The notes under the pieces are model-generated. The model worked only from the letters and a program-made list of their open reading frames with translations. It did no database searches and was not told the origin of the DNA. Positions 27,202-40,771 of a stretch of DNA of 64,000 nt are shown piece after piece (position 1 is the stretch's first letter; every line of letters begins with the position of its first letter). Location of the stretch: assembly GCA_965249485.1 (NCBI GenBank), contig OZ252239.1, positions 640,001 to 704,000 of the forward strand. The letters run 5' to 3'. The position numbers and the translations under genes were made by a program. The stretch is from a bacterium. GTDB taxonomy: Bacteria > SM23-31.

Positions 27202-28467
27202 TTATCTCCAGACCAGCCATATCACGATCGATCCGGCAAGTGTCGCGGCAAGTGTAAAAGGTATTCCAATTTTTGCAAATGACCAGAACGAAACCGAATA
27301 TCCTTCTTTTTTAAGTATACCTACCGAAACGATATTTGCAGCAGCGCCGATTGGGGTTATATTTCCCCCCATGCACGTCCCGATTAAAAGGCCAAATACC
27401 AGCAGATATTCCGAGCCTATTTCGATTCCCATCTGGTACGTAATCGGAATCATAAGTGTAATGAATGGAACGTTATCGATAAACGCAGATACTACAACTG
27501 AAAAGAGCACAATAAATATAAAGTTTAGCGCTATATCTGAACCAAGGTAAAGAACGAAAACATTTTTTAATTCGGTAATAAGTCCCGCATGTTCAAATGC
27601 GTTGACAAGAACAAATATACCGGCAAGAAACAGCGTCGTATCCCAGTCGTAATGTTTGAGAATTCTTACTGATTCACTTTTGTCGAAATTGAAACCCCAT
27701 ACGATTGTGATGGCGGCACACACCATGCAAACAACTCCGCTGAGCCACATGAATTCAGGATCGAAAATTGGTGCAATGGCAAGTCCGACAATCATTGCAC
27801 AGAGCAGCACCGTGGGAGACCAACTTAGCACTTTGTCTTCAGGAACATCTTTAACCGGATCTTTGTTACCAGAGAACAATGCCCAGAGAACTAATATAGA
27901 AGCCACAGCCCCAAATTCAACAGCAAAAAATATCCCGGGATTACCATGAAACACAAAAAAATCGTTAAAATTCATTTTGAGCTGACCGGCAAGAATCATA
28001 CTTGGCGGATCACCGATCAGTGTTGCCGTTCCCTGAAGGTTGCTCGAAATTGCGATTCCGATAATAACCGGCACAGGTGATATTTCCAGCTTTTTAATAA
28101 TTTCGAGAGCAATAGGTGCAACGATCAGCACAACCGCGACGTTTTCGATAAAGATCGATAGAAATCCCGACATTATACAGACACGGAGCATTGCCGATCC
28201 AGCACTGCTTGATCTCCCTATAATAAAATCCGAAAGATATGCAGGAACCCGGGAAAAGGCAAAATATTCAGCTACAATCAGCGTTCCGGCAAATATTCCA
28301 ATTACATTCCAATGGACTTTTGTTATTACATTTATTAACGGGCTTGCTCCGAGTATTACAATTATAAAAATACCGCACCATAATGCTATGGCACGGTTGT
28401 GTTTAAATAAAATTAAGTAGAGGTAAACAAGTATAAATATTGAAAGAACAATAACTTTTTCATTCAT
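27202..28467 (-). CDS. ArsB/NhaD/CitMHS-superfamily ion transporter
   Basis: Multi-TM; SxFIEN, TLIGDPP, SAFIDNVP, GGNITPIGAAAN. Confidence 0.85.
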   Translation of the reverse strand: MNEKVIVLSIFILVYLYLILFKHNRAIALWCGIFIIVILGASPLINVITKVHWNVIGIFAGTLIVAEYFAFSRVPAYLSDFIIGRSSSAGSAMLRVCIMSGFLSIFIENVAVVLIVAPIALEIIKKLEISPVPVIIGIAISSNLQGTATLIGDPPSMILAGQLKMNFNDFFVFHGNPGIFFAVEFGAVASILVLWALFSGNKDPVKDVPEDKVLSWSPTVLLCAMIVGLAIAPIFDPEFMWLSGVVCMVCAAITIVWGFNFDKSESVRILKHYDWDTTLFLAGIFVLVNAFEHAGLITELKNVFVLYLGSDIALNFIFIVLFSVVVSAFIDNVPFITLMIPITYQMGIEIGSEYLLVFGLLIGTCMGGNITPIGAAANIVSVGILKKEGYSVSFWSFAKIGIPFTLAATLAGSIVIWLVWR

Positions 28468-28488
28468 AAGTAATATAATTTTTGCCTG

Positions 28489-29292
28489 CTAAAGCGCATA
28501 CGGCTCTGAAACTTCATTCTGTCTTGTGAGAATGATTTCGGGAACATAGTTACAGGTTTCCGCAATTTGACCGTGAATTGTTTTATATGCTACCGTGGGG
28601 CTATTGTTTTCTTTGCTTATATGTGACAGAAAAACTGCTTTCAAATTATCGTGTATTACCTGTTTCAAAAGCTTATAGGTATCGTTATTCGACATATGGC
28701 CGTTTGGGCCGTAAATTCTTTCTTTCAACATTTGTGGGTAAGGCCCATTCCATAGCATATCTTTGTCGTGATTTGCCTCAAGTACAAGCAATGCCGAATC
28801 TTTGAGGTTTTTCACTACTACATAGGTGATCGATCCGATATCCGTGATATATCCGATTTTCTGGCTGTTTGAAGAGAAAGTAAATCCTACTGGATCGGAA
28901 GCATCGTGCATAACCGGAAAACAACCGACTTGAATAGAATGTATATCGATAGATTTCTCCGGTTCAATAAATACAACAGAACCTGAAATATCCCTTTTGA
29001 CTTCATCGAAGAAGCTTCGGTATGTTATTTCGGTTACATAAACAGGTATATTGTGAATACGAGAGAAAACACCAAGGCTGCGAATATGGTCGTAATGCTC
29101 GTGTGTCACAAGAATACCTGCAATACTTTCAATCGGAATATTACCGATTGCCAGCCTTTTTTTCAAATTCCGGTAGGCAAACCCCGCATCGATAAGCAGC
29201 GATTTACCGTTTAATTGCAGAACAGATGCATTCCCTTTGCTTCCGCTTCCTAACACAGTCCATTGTAGTGTATCCATACTTAATTCACTCAT
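28489..29292 (-). CDS. Metallo-beta-lactamase-fold hydrolase, YycJ/WalJ-like
   Basis: LGSGSKGN, LIDAG, THEHYDH, HDA, LEANHD, GHMSN, HISKENN. Confidence 0.9.
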   Translation of the reverse strand: MSELSMDTLQWTVLGSGSKGNASVLQLNGKSLLIDAGFAYRNLKKRLAIGNIPIESIAGILVTHEHYDHIRSLGVFSRIHNIPVYVTEITYRSFFDEVKRDISGSVVFIEPEKSIDIHSIQVGCFPVMHDASDPVGFTFSSNSQKIGYITDIGSITYVVVKNLKDSALLVLEANHDKDMLWNGPYPQMLKERIYGPNGHMSNNDTYKLLKQVIHDNLKAVFLSHISKENNSPTVAYKTIHGQIAETCNYVPEIILTRQNEVSEPYAL

Positions 29293-29339
29293 TTAAATAA
29301 ATGTACAAATTACAAGTATATCAATGAAAAGTCAAGTGT

Positions 29340-29700
29340 ATACTATGGGGAAAACAAGGTAGCAACATTGTTAATAATTGTCGGATAATTATGTATAATT
29401 TGTTAACAAACCACCCTGTTTTTACTTTTCTCAAAATTGTGATACTTATTCATATTATCAGGATTTTCTCCACACCGATATTAACATAAATTTACCTGTT
29501 ATTAACACGTTTAATTTTATCTAAAATTCCGATTTTTTACATCCCCGGTTGTGTTACAATTGACAACGACAACAATATTTAGTATTAGTTTCTCTTTAGT
29601 ATTTGAACAATTTTGAAGATATTAACACCCTAATAATAATAGTAGTAATGTTTTTATATTAAAATATTATTATATATTATTATTACTACTTTTTGCTATT
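29340..29700. other. Candidate replication origin (oriC)
   Basis: Very AT-rich spacer upstream of dnaN with oppositely oriented arrays of degenerate DnaA boxes (TGTTAATAA 29369, TATGTATAA 29390, TGTTAACAA 29401; TTATTCATA 29446, TTCTCCACA 29466, TTATTAACA 29499) and box-CCC-trinucleotide repeats at 29619-29649. Confidence 0.7.
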
Positions 29701-29867
29701 CTCTTTCATTTCAGTGAGTATCCTTCCCAGCACACATTTTTTCCTTGTAATACAAGTCATATTTTACTAATTTAATTAGTTTAGGTAGCATTAATTAGGT
29801 GCAAAGTATAATTTTATTTCCGCTTTATTTGCCGCCTACAAGGATCGCAAAATGAGGAGCTTTTGTA

Positions 29868-30980
29868 ATGAATATTACTGTTGGTTGTGGAGAGTTAAAA
29901 GCAGGATTACAACATGTGATCAACGTAATACCATCAAAGACTACTCTTCCGATTCTCAACCATGTATTGATTGAAGCCAGCGGCGGCCAACTAACGTTGA
30001 GTGCTACGGACCTTGAAGTGTCTTTACGGACTCATGTAGATGTTACTATCGAGGAAGAAGGCAGCATTACTATACAGGGAAGACTTCTTTACGATGTTGT
30101 TAGGGAAATACCCGATGTTCCTATTACCTTAAAGACAGATGATAATATGCGGATAATCATGAGCTATTCGCGAGGTCAGTACACATTTTTCGGTGAAAAT
30201 CCGAAAGAATTTCCTCAGCGTCCAGCAATTGATATTGAGCACGAAATAGTGATCGAAAAGAAAAAATTTTCCAGGAATCTTGATAAGACTATTTTTGCAG
30301 TATCGAACGATGAGTTGAGAGCGGCGCTTATGGGAGTACTGCTACAGATTCGTGAAAATGAATACCGTGCAGTTGCAACAGACGGACACAGACTTGTCAG
30401 AATCATAGACAAGGGGTTTACCACTGATGAAGCGATCGATGATGTAATTGTTCCGGTAAAGGCGCTGAACTTGTTACAGAAAAATCTTGAAGGAAACGGC
30501 GATGTCAAGATTTCATTTGGGTCAAACCATGTTGTTTTTGATCTAGATGAAGCGTCAATCAGCGCATCAATAATAGAGGGAAAGTATCCAGATTATGAAA
30601 AAGTAATTCCGATAAATGATAATAAAAAACTGATTATAAATCGTGAACAATTGATAACTGCACTGCGGACAATATCGGTTGTTGCAAATAAAATAACGCA
30701 ACAGATTAAAATGCATATTGAGCAGGATAAAGTTACGGTCACCTCGCAGGATATGGACCGCGGAGAAGGCATAGAAACTATTGAAGCGGAATACACCGGC
30801 GATCCTTTGGATATTGGTTTTAATTCTGCTTATTTGTTAGATGTATTACGCCACATTGATACGGAAAATGTTATTATTCGCTTACATACGGCTGTCAGTG
30901 CTACATTGGTATTTCCTATGGAACAGGAAAAAGACGAAGATTTATTAATGCTTGTTATGCCGATAAAGCTACGTGAATAA
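29868..30980 (+). CDS. dnaN: DNA polymerase III beta clamp
   Basis: TTLPIL, ATDLE, VATDGHRL, GKYPDY, LVMPI. Confidence 0.98.
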   Translation: MNITVGCGELKAGLQHVINVIPSKTTLPILNHVLIEASGGQLTLSATDLEVSLRTHVDVTIEEEGSITIQGRLLYDVVREIPDVPITLKTDDNMRIIMSYSRGQYTFFGENPKEFPQRPAIDIEHEIVIEKKKFSRNLDKTIFAVSNDELRAALMGVLLQIRENEYRAVATDGHRLVRIIDKGFTTDEAIDDVIVPVKALNLLQKNLEGNGDVKISFGSNHVVFDLDEASISASIIEGKYPDYEKVIPINDNKKLIINREQLITALRTISVVANKITQQIKMHIEQDKVTVTSQDMDRGEGIETIEAEYTGDPLDIGFNSAYLLDVLRHIDTENVIIRLHTAVSATLVFPMEQEKDEDLLMLVMPIKLRE

Positions 30981-31018
30981 AAAAATTCACGGAGAAGTTT
31001 TCGCACGAATAGAATGAA

Positions 31019-32139
31019 ATGTTTCTGAAAAAATTATGTTTGAACGATTTTCGAAACTATACTCAAACTGAGTTAGAGTTTAATAAAAAAGGAAATTTGT
31101 TCTTCGGTGCAAACGGTCAGGGAAAAACAAATCTCCTTGAATCGATATATTATTTGTCGGTTTACAGAAGCTTTAAAAAGGGTACAAGTAAAAACCTTGC
31201 CAATTGGGGGACACAACATTTTTCTGTGTCCGGGTTCTTTGAAACTGAGAGTGGACTTGAACAAAATCTTTCTGTTGATTGGGAGGCAGGTCAGAATAAG
31301 CAGGTTTTTTTTGAGAATGATAGAATACGGAAGATTTCGGAACTTGTCGGGTTATTTCCTGTTGTTATTCTGTCTCCAGAAAGCATGGAAATTACGCAGG
31401 GACAGCCGGGTGAACGGAGAAAATTTATCGACTTGTGTATTTCCGTAGTTGATAAAGAATATCTGCAACACCTGATTGCTTATAAAAGGACATTAAAGCA
31501 GCGGAATAAAATACTTGCTTTATGGCGAAATTCATCCTCGAATATTGAGAGTGATCTGGATGTTTGGACAGAGAAGCTAGTGATGCACGGCTCGTTTCTC
31601 ATTAGGCACAGATTGAAAGCGGTTGAGCGGCTGTCGAGTATTTGCATGAATAAGTATGCTGTAATCAGTAGCGGCAGTGAAAACTTGACCCTTCAATATA
31701 ATTCGACGATTCTCAACGGCGATGATATTGAGAAGAATTTTGCCAATGCAATAGAACGGTCGAGAGCAGAAGAAAGCAAAAGAAAAGTAACCGTTGTCGG
31801 GCCTCACCGAGACGATATTACTATCTGTCTCGACGACCATGATGTGCGGCAGTATGCATCACAAGGACAGCACAAGACGATAATCATGTCTCTGAAATCG
31901 GCAGAACATGAATTTATTTCAGAAATAAAAGGATTTCAACCCGCTATACTTTTGGATGATCTTTTTGCCCTGTTGGATAAGGAACGGATTTTGGAGTTTT
32001 TGAAGATAATACGCGGCTATGGGCAATTTTTTATAACGGCTAATCACGATATTAAACCGGAAACACTTTTTTCAGAAGTTGGATTTCAAGTGTCGGATTT
32101 TAGCCGGTACCATGTCGAACGCGGCTCAATACGACCTCA

Positions 32140-32143
<4 letters not shown>
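31019..32143 (+). CDS. recF: DNA repair protein RecF
   Basis: FRNY, GANGQGKTNLLE, GPHRDD, SQGQ, LLDD. Confidence 0.97.
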
Positions 32144-34367
<2,224 letters not shown>

Positions 34368-34418
34368 CGATATTCAGACTAGTATGGTTCAACGGTTTGG
34401 AATTTTTATAATTTAAAC

Positions 34419-34450
34419 AAAAGCGTCCTGTTGCTACAGGGCGCTTTTTT
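34419..34450 (+). terminator. Intrinsic terminator after gyrB
   Basis: AAAAGCGTCCTGT-TGCT-ACAGGGCGC followed by six T. Confidence 0.8.
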
Positions 34451-34502
34451 AACATGAAAAGGAAATTAGTTTTGTTCAGCTGATCACCCGGGAGATTCAT
34501 AC

Positions 34503-35318
34503 ATGGGATTCTATGACAAATTACAAAGTGCAGTCCAAAAAACGCATTCATATGTCTGCGTCGGGCTTGATTCTGATATTAACCGCATTCCGGACTGCAT
34601 TGAGGGCGATACCGGGGAGAGAATAGCTTTTTTTAACCAAGCAATAATAGAATCTACCCAGCTCTATTGTGCCGCATTTAAATTTAACATTGCCTTCTTT
34701 GAAGCGCTTGGAAAGACAGGATTTGAAGCCCTTGAAAAAAGTCTCTCCTATGTACCGGAGGACCATATATTGATTCTTGATGCAAAGCGGGGTGACATTG
34801 GCAATACCTCTCAGCAATACAGCATCGCTCTCTTTGATGTGATGAAGGCAGATGCTGTCACGGTAAATCCCTATATGGGTTACGATAGTATTCTGCCATT
34901 CATCGAGCGTGATGACAAAGGTGTCTATATCCTCTGCTTGACTTCTAATAAAGGGAGTGAGGATTTTCAGCAGTTAAAACTTGAATCGGGAAAACACTTT
35001 TTTCAAGAGGTGGCAGAAAAGATAACAAAGTGGAATACGCGAAATAACCTTGGAATGGTCGTAGGCGCAACTCACCCTGATGAATTGAAAACGGTCAGGA
35101 CTATTGCTCCTGAAATGCCATTTCTACTTCCTGGGATCGGTGCCCAAAAAGGGGACCTTGAATCGGTGGTTTCTACTGCAATCGGGAAAAAGCGAATTCC
35201 GACACTCATCAATTCCAGCAGAGGGATAATATTTGCATCCGGTGGTGAGGATTTTGCCAAAAAAGCTGTTCAGAAATGTATAGAACTTCGAGATTCAATT
35301 AACATTCTTCTTGAATAA
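34503..35318 (+). CDS. pyrF: Orotidine-5'-phosphate decarboxylase
   Basis: CVGLD, DAKRGDIGNT, VNPYMG, VVGAT, PGIGAQ, NSSR. Confidence 0.97.
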   Translation: MGFYDKLQSAVQKTHSYVCVGLDSDINRIPDCIEGDTGERIAFFNQAIIESTQLYCAAFKFNIAFFEALGKTGFEALEKSLSYVPEDHILILDAKRGDIGNTSQQYSIALFDVMKADAVTVNPYMGYDSILPFIERDDKGVYILCLTSNKGSEDFQQLKLESGKHFFQEVAEKITKWNTRNNLGMVVGATHPDELKTVRTIAPEMPFLLPGIGAQKGDLESVVSTAIGKKRIPTLINSSRGIIFASGGEDFAKKAVQKCIELRDSINILLE

Positions 35319-35392
35319 ATTAACCGTTTTCACCATGTAAATTTACATATAGTGGTCGGCTGACCATCCTTATGAGCTGTACGAAATCCAAA

Positions 35393-35586
35393 TGTGAGTA
35401 ATGTGTGGATAACTTCACAAGAGTCAACGAGCACGGCATTACAGATGAAGCAAATGTTGAACCAAAAAATACAATTTCAAGGCTTAATTTACCATATAAT
35501 AAATCTTTTTACAAAAAATATTTTTCTCAACAGGCTTGTTTACGCAGTATTGCCGTGCTTTTTGATTGTGGATAAGCTGTGAACAA
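35393..35586. promoter_or_regulatory. DnaA-box cluster between the convergent pyrF and leuS
   Basis: Perfect TGTGGATAA at 35404 and 35567, each paired with a degenerate box (TGTGAGTAA 35393, TGTGAACAA 35578). Confidence 0.7.
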
Positions 35587-35659
35587 GCGCAAATCAGGGT
35601 GCTATAAACTCTTTTTAGCTCTGATTTTTATGCGAAAATATAAGAATGGTTAAACGGAG

Positions 35660-38149
35660 TTATGAACTAATGACAATATTGACAAGTCTGTCTTTAACAT
35701 AAATGATTTTTCGGATTGTCCCACCCAGAAATTTTCGGACATTCTCCACCTGTTGCGCTTGTTCTTTTATCTCCTCTTCGCCCATATCGGCTGGTATAAT
35801 CAATTGACCACGAAGCTTCCCGTTTACCTGTACCGCAATAGTCTTTTCTTCGACAACAAGGAGTGATACATTATGCTTCGGCCACGCGTAGCAGGAGAGA
35901 AATCCTTCTCCTCCAAGAGCTTCCCACAACTCTTCGGTAATATGTGGTGCAAACGGGTTTAGAAGTGATAAAATTCGTACAATTCCTTTTGCAACCAATA
36001 GAGCTCGACTGGATGATGCAGAAAAATCGGGAAACTCAGCTATGTAATCGCGAATTTCATTATATAGTTGCATGGTTGCACTGACACCGGTATTAAAATG
36101 CATCGATGATATGGATTCGGTCACCTGTTTTGTCGCAGTTTCAATTTCTCGTACAAGTTTTTTTGAGGCTGGATCACTCAAACCATCAATGCCACTATCT
36201 TTAAAATGCTTTGAAAAGGTAGTTTGATTCTCCCAGATGAAATTCCAGATTCGGTTAAGAAACCTGGATACTCCAAAAATTCCTTCATCATTCCAATCGT
36301 ACTCTTTCTCAGGTGGTGCGGCAAATAAGATAAAGGTCCGGATTGAGTCGGTGCCATGCCTTTCGATGAGTTCACTGGGATCGACCACATTTCCTTTCGA
36401 TTTCGACATAACTTCACCGCTTTTAAGAACCATACCTTGTGTGGTCAATCGCTTGAAGGGTTCACCGTGCTTTGTAAGATTCAAATCACGGAGAGCTTTC
36501 ATGAAAAAGCGCGAATAGAGTAGATGAAGAATGGCGTGGGTAATTCCGCCAATATAGTGGTCGACTGGCATCCACCGGTCGATAAGCTCCCTATCAAACG
36601 GTTTATCATTATTATTCGGAGTGATATACCGTAGAAAATACCATGAACTGTCCACAAAAGTATCCATAGTATCAGTTTCTCTTCTGGCGGTTTCGCCGCA
36701 TTGCGGACAGTGGACATCGGAAAACGTTTGAGATGATTCAAGAGGATTTCCTTCGCCGGTAAAAACAACATCGTCGGGCAGAACAACCGGAAGATCCGAT
36801 TCAGGTACTGGAATAACACCACAGGATTTACAGTAAATGATAGGAATCGGTGTACCCCAATATCTCTGCCGGGAGATTAGCCAGTCACGAAGACGGTAGG
36901 TTATGGAGAAATCACCGAGGTCGCTGCTTTTCAATTTTTCGGTGATTTCTTTCTTTGCATCTTCGTTAGAAGTGCCGTCAAATTCGCTTGAGTTAACAAG
37001 GATTCCTGAATCAACATATGCTTCTTCCATCGATTCTTCTCGCAGAGGATTATCAGGATCGGGAGTTATAACAACTTTTATTGGAAGCGAATATTTTTTC
37101 GCAAATTCAAAATCTCTCTGGTCATGTGCAGGAACTGCCATAACAGCACCGGTCCCGTAATCCATCAGAGCATAATCGGCGATATAAACCGGGTATTCTT
37201 TTCCGGTCAGCGGGTGGACGATATGTCTTCCAATAAAAATGCCTTCTTTTTCTCTGTTTTCGGCTACTCTATCTGTTCGAGACTGCTTTTTGACTCGTTC
37301 AATGAAAGTAGTCACATCATTTTTCTCAGAGACACTTTCTACCAGTTCCGAAATGAGCGGATGCTCAGGAGCCATTACGAGATACGTTACACCAAAAAGT
37401 GTGTCCGGACGGGTTGTAAATGCCTGAATAACTGTATCAGAGCCGACAAGTGGAAAATTAATTTCTGTTCCGTACGATTTCCCAATCCAATTACGTTGCA
37501 TAGCTTTGACCTGGTCCGGCCAGAGCGTAAGATCGTCGAGAGATTCTAGCAGTTCATCGGCATATTTTCGTATATTAAAAAACCACTGTTCAAGTTCTTT
37601 ATCGACAACTACACTATCGCATCTCCAGCACCGTCCGTCAATGACCTGTTCGTTAGCAAGTACTGTTGCGCAGCTGCCGCACCAGTTTATAGCAGCTTTC
37701 TTCTTGTAAGCAAGTCCTTTTTTGAAAAACTGAATAAAAATCCATTGATTCCATTTGTAGTAATCAGGTTTAAATGTCGAAACCGTATGATCCCAATCAT
37801 AGCTGAATCCCATCTGGAGCTGCTGTTCTTTCATCATATTGATACATTTCTGCGTCCATTCTTTCGGATGAATTTGATGCTTGATCGCAGCGTTTTCTGC
37901 CGGCATTCCCATTGCGTCATATCCCATCGGATAGAGGACATCATACCCCTCTCTCCGCATGAAACGGGCGTAGACGTCTCCAATCGAATAATTGCGGACA
38001 TGTCCCATGTGGAGTTTTCCTGACGGGTATGGAAACATTTCAAGACAGTAAAATTTCTTTTTGGAACGGTCGTTGTTTAATTTATACGCTCCAGAATCAG
38101 TCCACTTTTTTTGCCATTTGGCTTCGATTTCGGTAAAGTTGTATTCCAT
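35660..38149 (-). CDS. leuS: Leucine--tRNA ligase
   Basis: [32 protein letters not shown]. Confidence 0.99.
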   Translation of the reverse strand: MEYNFTEIEAKWQKKWTDSGAYKLNNDRSKKKFYCLEMFPYPSGKLHMGHVRNYSIGDVYARFMRREGYDVLYPMGYDAMGMPAENAAIKHQIHPKEWTQKCINMMKEQQLQMGFSYDWDHTVSTFKPDYYKWNQWIFIQFFKKGLAYKKKAAINWCGSCATVLANEQVIDGRCWRCDSVVVDKELEQWFFNIRKYADELLESLDDLTLWPDQVKAMQRNWIGKSYGTEINFPLVGSDTVIQAFTTRPDTLFGVTYLVMAPEHPLISELVESVSEKNDVTTFIERVKKQSRTDRVAENREKEGIFIGRHIVHPLTGKEYPVYIADYALMDYGTGAVMAVPAHDQRDFEFAKKYSLPIKVVITPDPDNPLREESMEEAYVDSGILVNSSEFDGTSNEDAKKEITEKLKSSDLGDFSITYRLRDWLISRQRYWGTPIPIIYCKSCGVIPVPESDLPVVLPDDVVFTGEGNPLESSQTFSDVHCPQCGETARRETDTMDTFVDSSWYFLRYITPNNNDKPFDRELIDRWMPVDHYIGGITHAILHLLYSRFFMKALRDLNLTKHGEPFKRLTTQGMVLKSGEVMSKSKGNVVDPSELIERHGTDSIRTFILFAAPPEKEYDWNDEGIFGVSRFLNRIWNFIWENQTTFSKHFKDSGIDGLSDPASKKLVREIETATKQVTESISSMHFNTGVSATMQLYNEIRDYIAEFPDFSASSSRALLVAKGIVRILSLLNPFAPHITEELWEALGGEGFLSCYAWPKHNVSLLVVEEKTIAVQVNGKLRGQLIIPADMGEEEIKEQAQQVENVRKFLGGTIRKIIYVKDRLVNIVISS

Positions 38150-38331
38150 ATCATTTAGTGTGGGGTTATTGTACTAATTTCAATAAAATATCTGAAAGAT
38201 TTAGCATGAAATATTTCGTTATATGGATTTTTACGTATCCTAATAAGGTAACGAAATATTGTGCTTGTTCAAAGAAATATGTAATGAGTATAAAGCAGAT
38301 TATTGAAGTAAAAGGCTGAAATATTATTGTT

Positions 38332-38811
38332 TTACCGGGGAAGCAAATCGGCAAGGTTTTCCTTTTTTGCCTGGGGGAGGTCTTGACAAATAAGTTCTAT
38401 ATTGTTCCTATCAAGAAAACGAAAATCCTCGATATCTTTTTCACTCACAAAAATATAAGGAAGAATTTTTGATTTGTCTTCGCTATGGTGCATTCCGCCG
38501 ATGTTAATCTGCTGAAACTGCACACCTTTTTTTACCAGATCGGCATAAATACCCGGAGATTCAGCGAGTAATATAATGCGATCTTTAATGAAGATTTTCT
38601 TTAGGAGGGAGTCGGTTGCTTCTTCTATTGTGAATATCGAGACTGCAATATTAAAAGGAACACAGCTTTGGTAAAGCTCTTTTTCCCATTCGTTGTTGGC
38701 AATTTCATCGCTTATGAGGACAATCCTGTCGGGATTCAGAAAACTCCCCCAACCAACAGTAACCTGACCATGGATCAAGCGGTCGTCTATACGTACAAGC
38801 ACAATTGACAC
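38332..38811 (-). CDS. PTS mannose-family EIIB component
   Basis: RIDDRLIHGQV, INIGGM. Confidence 0.93.
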   Translation of the reverse strand: MSIVLVRIDDRLIHGQVTVGWGSFLNPDRIVLISDEIANNEWEKELYQSCVPFNIAVSIFTIEEATDSLLKKIFIKDRIILLAESPGIYADLVKKGVQFQQINIGGMHHSEDKSKILPYIFVSEKDIEDFRFLDRNNIELICQDLPQAKKENLADLLPR

Positions 38812-38874
38812 AGATTATCCTCACAATCAGGGCTGCTAAATCAGATTAAGAATATTCGCTGAGTGGTCCAGACA

Positions 38875-39279
38875 TCATTTATTTTCCAAAGGAGCCGGTT
38901 CTAGAATTACCTCTGTTCCTTTTAGCGAGCTTTCCTTAAGGTGTTCCGCTAAATCCGGAAGTTTGTACGATTCACGCTTATTGGCAAAGGTAAGCAACAT
39001 AGGGAGGTTAACTCCTGAGATCAGTACGATGCCTTTGTTATTTTTCTGAATCATCTGTGCGGCATGCCAGCAGCTTCCTCCGCAAAAGTCTACCATAATA
39101 AGAATTTCGTTGTCCTGCCATTCCTGCGCAATTGAATCGAGACTTCCAATCAACTCTTTGATAGACATTAATTCATTACTGAGTACTTTTACATCGTCAA
39201 GGGGTCCGATAATTTTTTCAGTTGTATTCTGGAGTGCGCTGCCAAGATCTCCATGAGAAATGATGATACATTTTATCAT
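38875..39279 (-). CDS. PTS mannose-family EIIA component
   Basis: IIISHG, DFCGGS, GVNLPML. Confidence 0.93.
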   Translation of the reverse strand: MIKCIIISHGDLGSALQNTTEKIIGPLDDVKVLSNELMSIKELIGSLDSIAQEWQDNEILIMVDFCGGSCWHAAQMIQKNNKGIVLISGVNLPMLLTFANKRESYKLPDLAEHLKESSLKGTEVILEPAPLENK

Positions 39280-39356
39280 GTATTATTCCAGATATTGTAT
39301 CACTGATATATAGGATCGGTATCAAAACATTTACCGTTTAAGAAAGGTACAACTTT

Positions 39357-40334
39357 TTACTCAATATCACCAGTCAGATATTTGCTCAGTTTATTATTTC
39401 TCTTTATTTTATTTTCCAGGTTTTTGACAAATACTTTTTCAGGGCGGACACCGTATACCCGCTGTATAATCTTAAGCGCTATTACTTCGGTGATTACTGT
39501 GATATTTTTTCCGGGGAAAATTGGCAGATAAATAATCGGTATATTTACATCGAGATACTGTTTGAAATCATCATCGATACCAAGACGGTCGTACTCATGG
39601 ATAGGTCTATGGTCTTCGAGGCAAACTTCAACTTCTATACGTTTCTGTGCTCGAATTGATCGCACACCGAACATACTTCTGACATCTATGAGACCGACGC
39701 CGCGGATTTCCAATATGTTCTTCAATACCTCTTTTTTCGTTCCGACAAGGACTCCCGTCCGTTTTCGGTACACAGAAACTACATCGTCGGCAACGAGCCG
39801 GTGACCGCGTTCAACAAGATCGAGAGCAATCTCGCTTTTCCCGATTCCGCTTCTTCCGGTGAATAGAATGCCTATGCCGTAAACATCAACCAGCGTGCCA
39901 TGTACGTCTGTGCTTGGAGTGCACTTATCATTGAGGTACTCGTAAAGAACCTGATAAATATGATTTGATGAGTCGGGAGAACTGAAAACGGTAATTCCAT
40001 TCTCATCTGCAATGTTGAGCAGTCCCTTGCTTAATTTATGGCCGTTGGAAATGATGAGACAGGGGATGTCAGATTCCATTAACCGTCTGAATGTTACCGT
40101 TTGCTCATTTTTGTTAAGCTGCTTGAGATATGATATTTCAGTTTGTCCCAGGATCTGAATTTTTTTTTCGGCGAATGTTTGTGTAAAACCGGCCAGGAGC
40201 AATCCTGGCCGGCAGAGATCGTGGTCTTTTATAATACGTTTTAATCCGAGTTTCGTGTTGCACAGTTTTAATTTCAATTCGTGTTTATTGTCTTTATAAC
40301 ATAATTCGACCGTCAGATCAATTCGAGTGTTCAT
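39357..40334 (-). CDS. hprK: HPr kinase/phosphorylase
   Basis: RPGL.LAG, GRSGIGKSE.ALDLV.RGHRLVADD, LEIRGVG; ATG 40334 overlaps the hpf stop. Confidence 0.96.
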   Translation of the reverse strand: MNTRIDLTVELCYKDNKHELKLKLCNTKLGLKRIIKDHDLCRPGLLLAGFTQTFAEKKIQILGQTEISYLKQLNKNEQTVTFRRLMESDIPCLIISNGHKLSKGLLNIADENGITVFSSPDSSNHIYQVLYEYLNDKCTPSTDVHGTLVDVYGIGILFTGRSGIGKSEIALDLVERGHRLVADDVVSVYRKRTGVLVGTKKEVLKNILEIRGVGLIDVRSMFGVRSIRAQKRIEVEVCLEDHRPIHEYDRLGIDDDFKQYLDVNIPIIYLPIFPGKNITVITEVIALKIIQRVYGVRPEKVFVKNLENKIKRNNKLSKYLTGDIE

Positions 40335-40684
40335 TCTTCCTCTTCCCACTGTGAATCTTCCAATACAAGTTCAACCGCCTTTATATGATTAAAATTCCTT
40401 ACACGGGCTTTATATTTTTTCAGTTTTCTTTCCAGTTTGCCCATTACTTTATCTAAAGATTTATACATATCATCCGACATTTCATGCGCTTTTAAAATCT
40501 GGCCATGCACTGTGAGGTGAATTTCTGCATTGTGTTTCGAATATGTACCTTTCACATAATCCATTATAACGTTAGCTTCGATGATGCCAGCATAAAATTT
40601 TTCTAATCTTTGAATCTCGTTATCAATGAACATTTTAAGTTGATCTCTTGCCTTGAAATGTCGTGCTGTGATATATATTTGCAT
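40331..40684 (-). CDS. hpf: Ribosome hibernation promoting factor (HPF/RaiA)
   Basis: MQIYITARH, DMYKSLD..KLERKLKKYK; ATG 40684 behind GGAGGG. Confidence 0.92.
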   Translation of the reverse strand: MQIYITARHFKARDQLKMFIDNEIQRLEKFYAGIIEANVIMDYVKGTYSKHNAEIHLTVHGQILKAHEMSDDMYKSLDKVMGKLERKLKKYKARVRNFNHIKAVELVLEDSQWEEEE

Positions 40685-40752
40685 AATTCCCTCCGTACTA
40701 CATGTATTTAAACTAGACAATTAGTTAAGAGAGTTACTGAATGGTGTGTTTG

Positions 40753-40771
40753 TTACATACGTGCCTCCTTT
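40753..40771 (-). promoter_or_regulatory. SD plus start-stop minigene (AAAGGAGG-N5-ATG-TAA)
   Basis: Read directly in the xerC-hpf spacer. Confidence 0.55.

Noticed and set aside
27202..28467. ArsB-superfamily transporter as part of the arsenic system
   Set aside because: About 30 kb from arsM, in housekeeping context, and the superfamily has many substrates.
29631..29690. TAA/TAG/TTA trinucleotide runs as a microsatellite or CRISPR remnant
   Set aside because: Short and degenerate; better explained as origin unwinding (DnaA-trio) sequence. No repeat-spacer array seen anywhere in the window.
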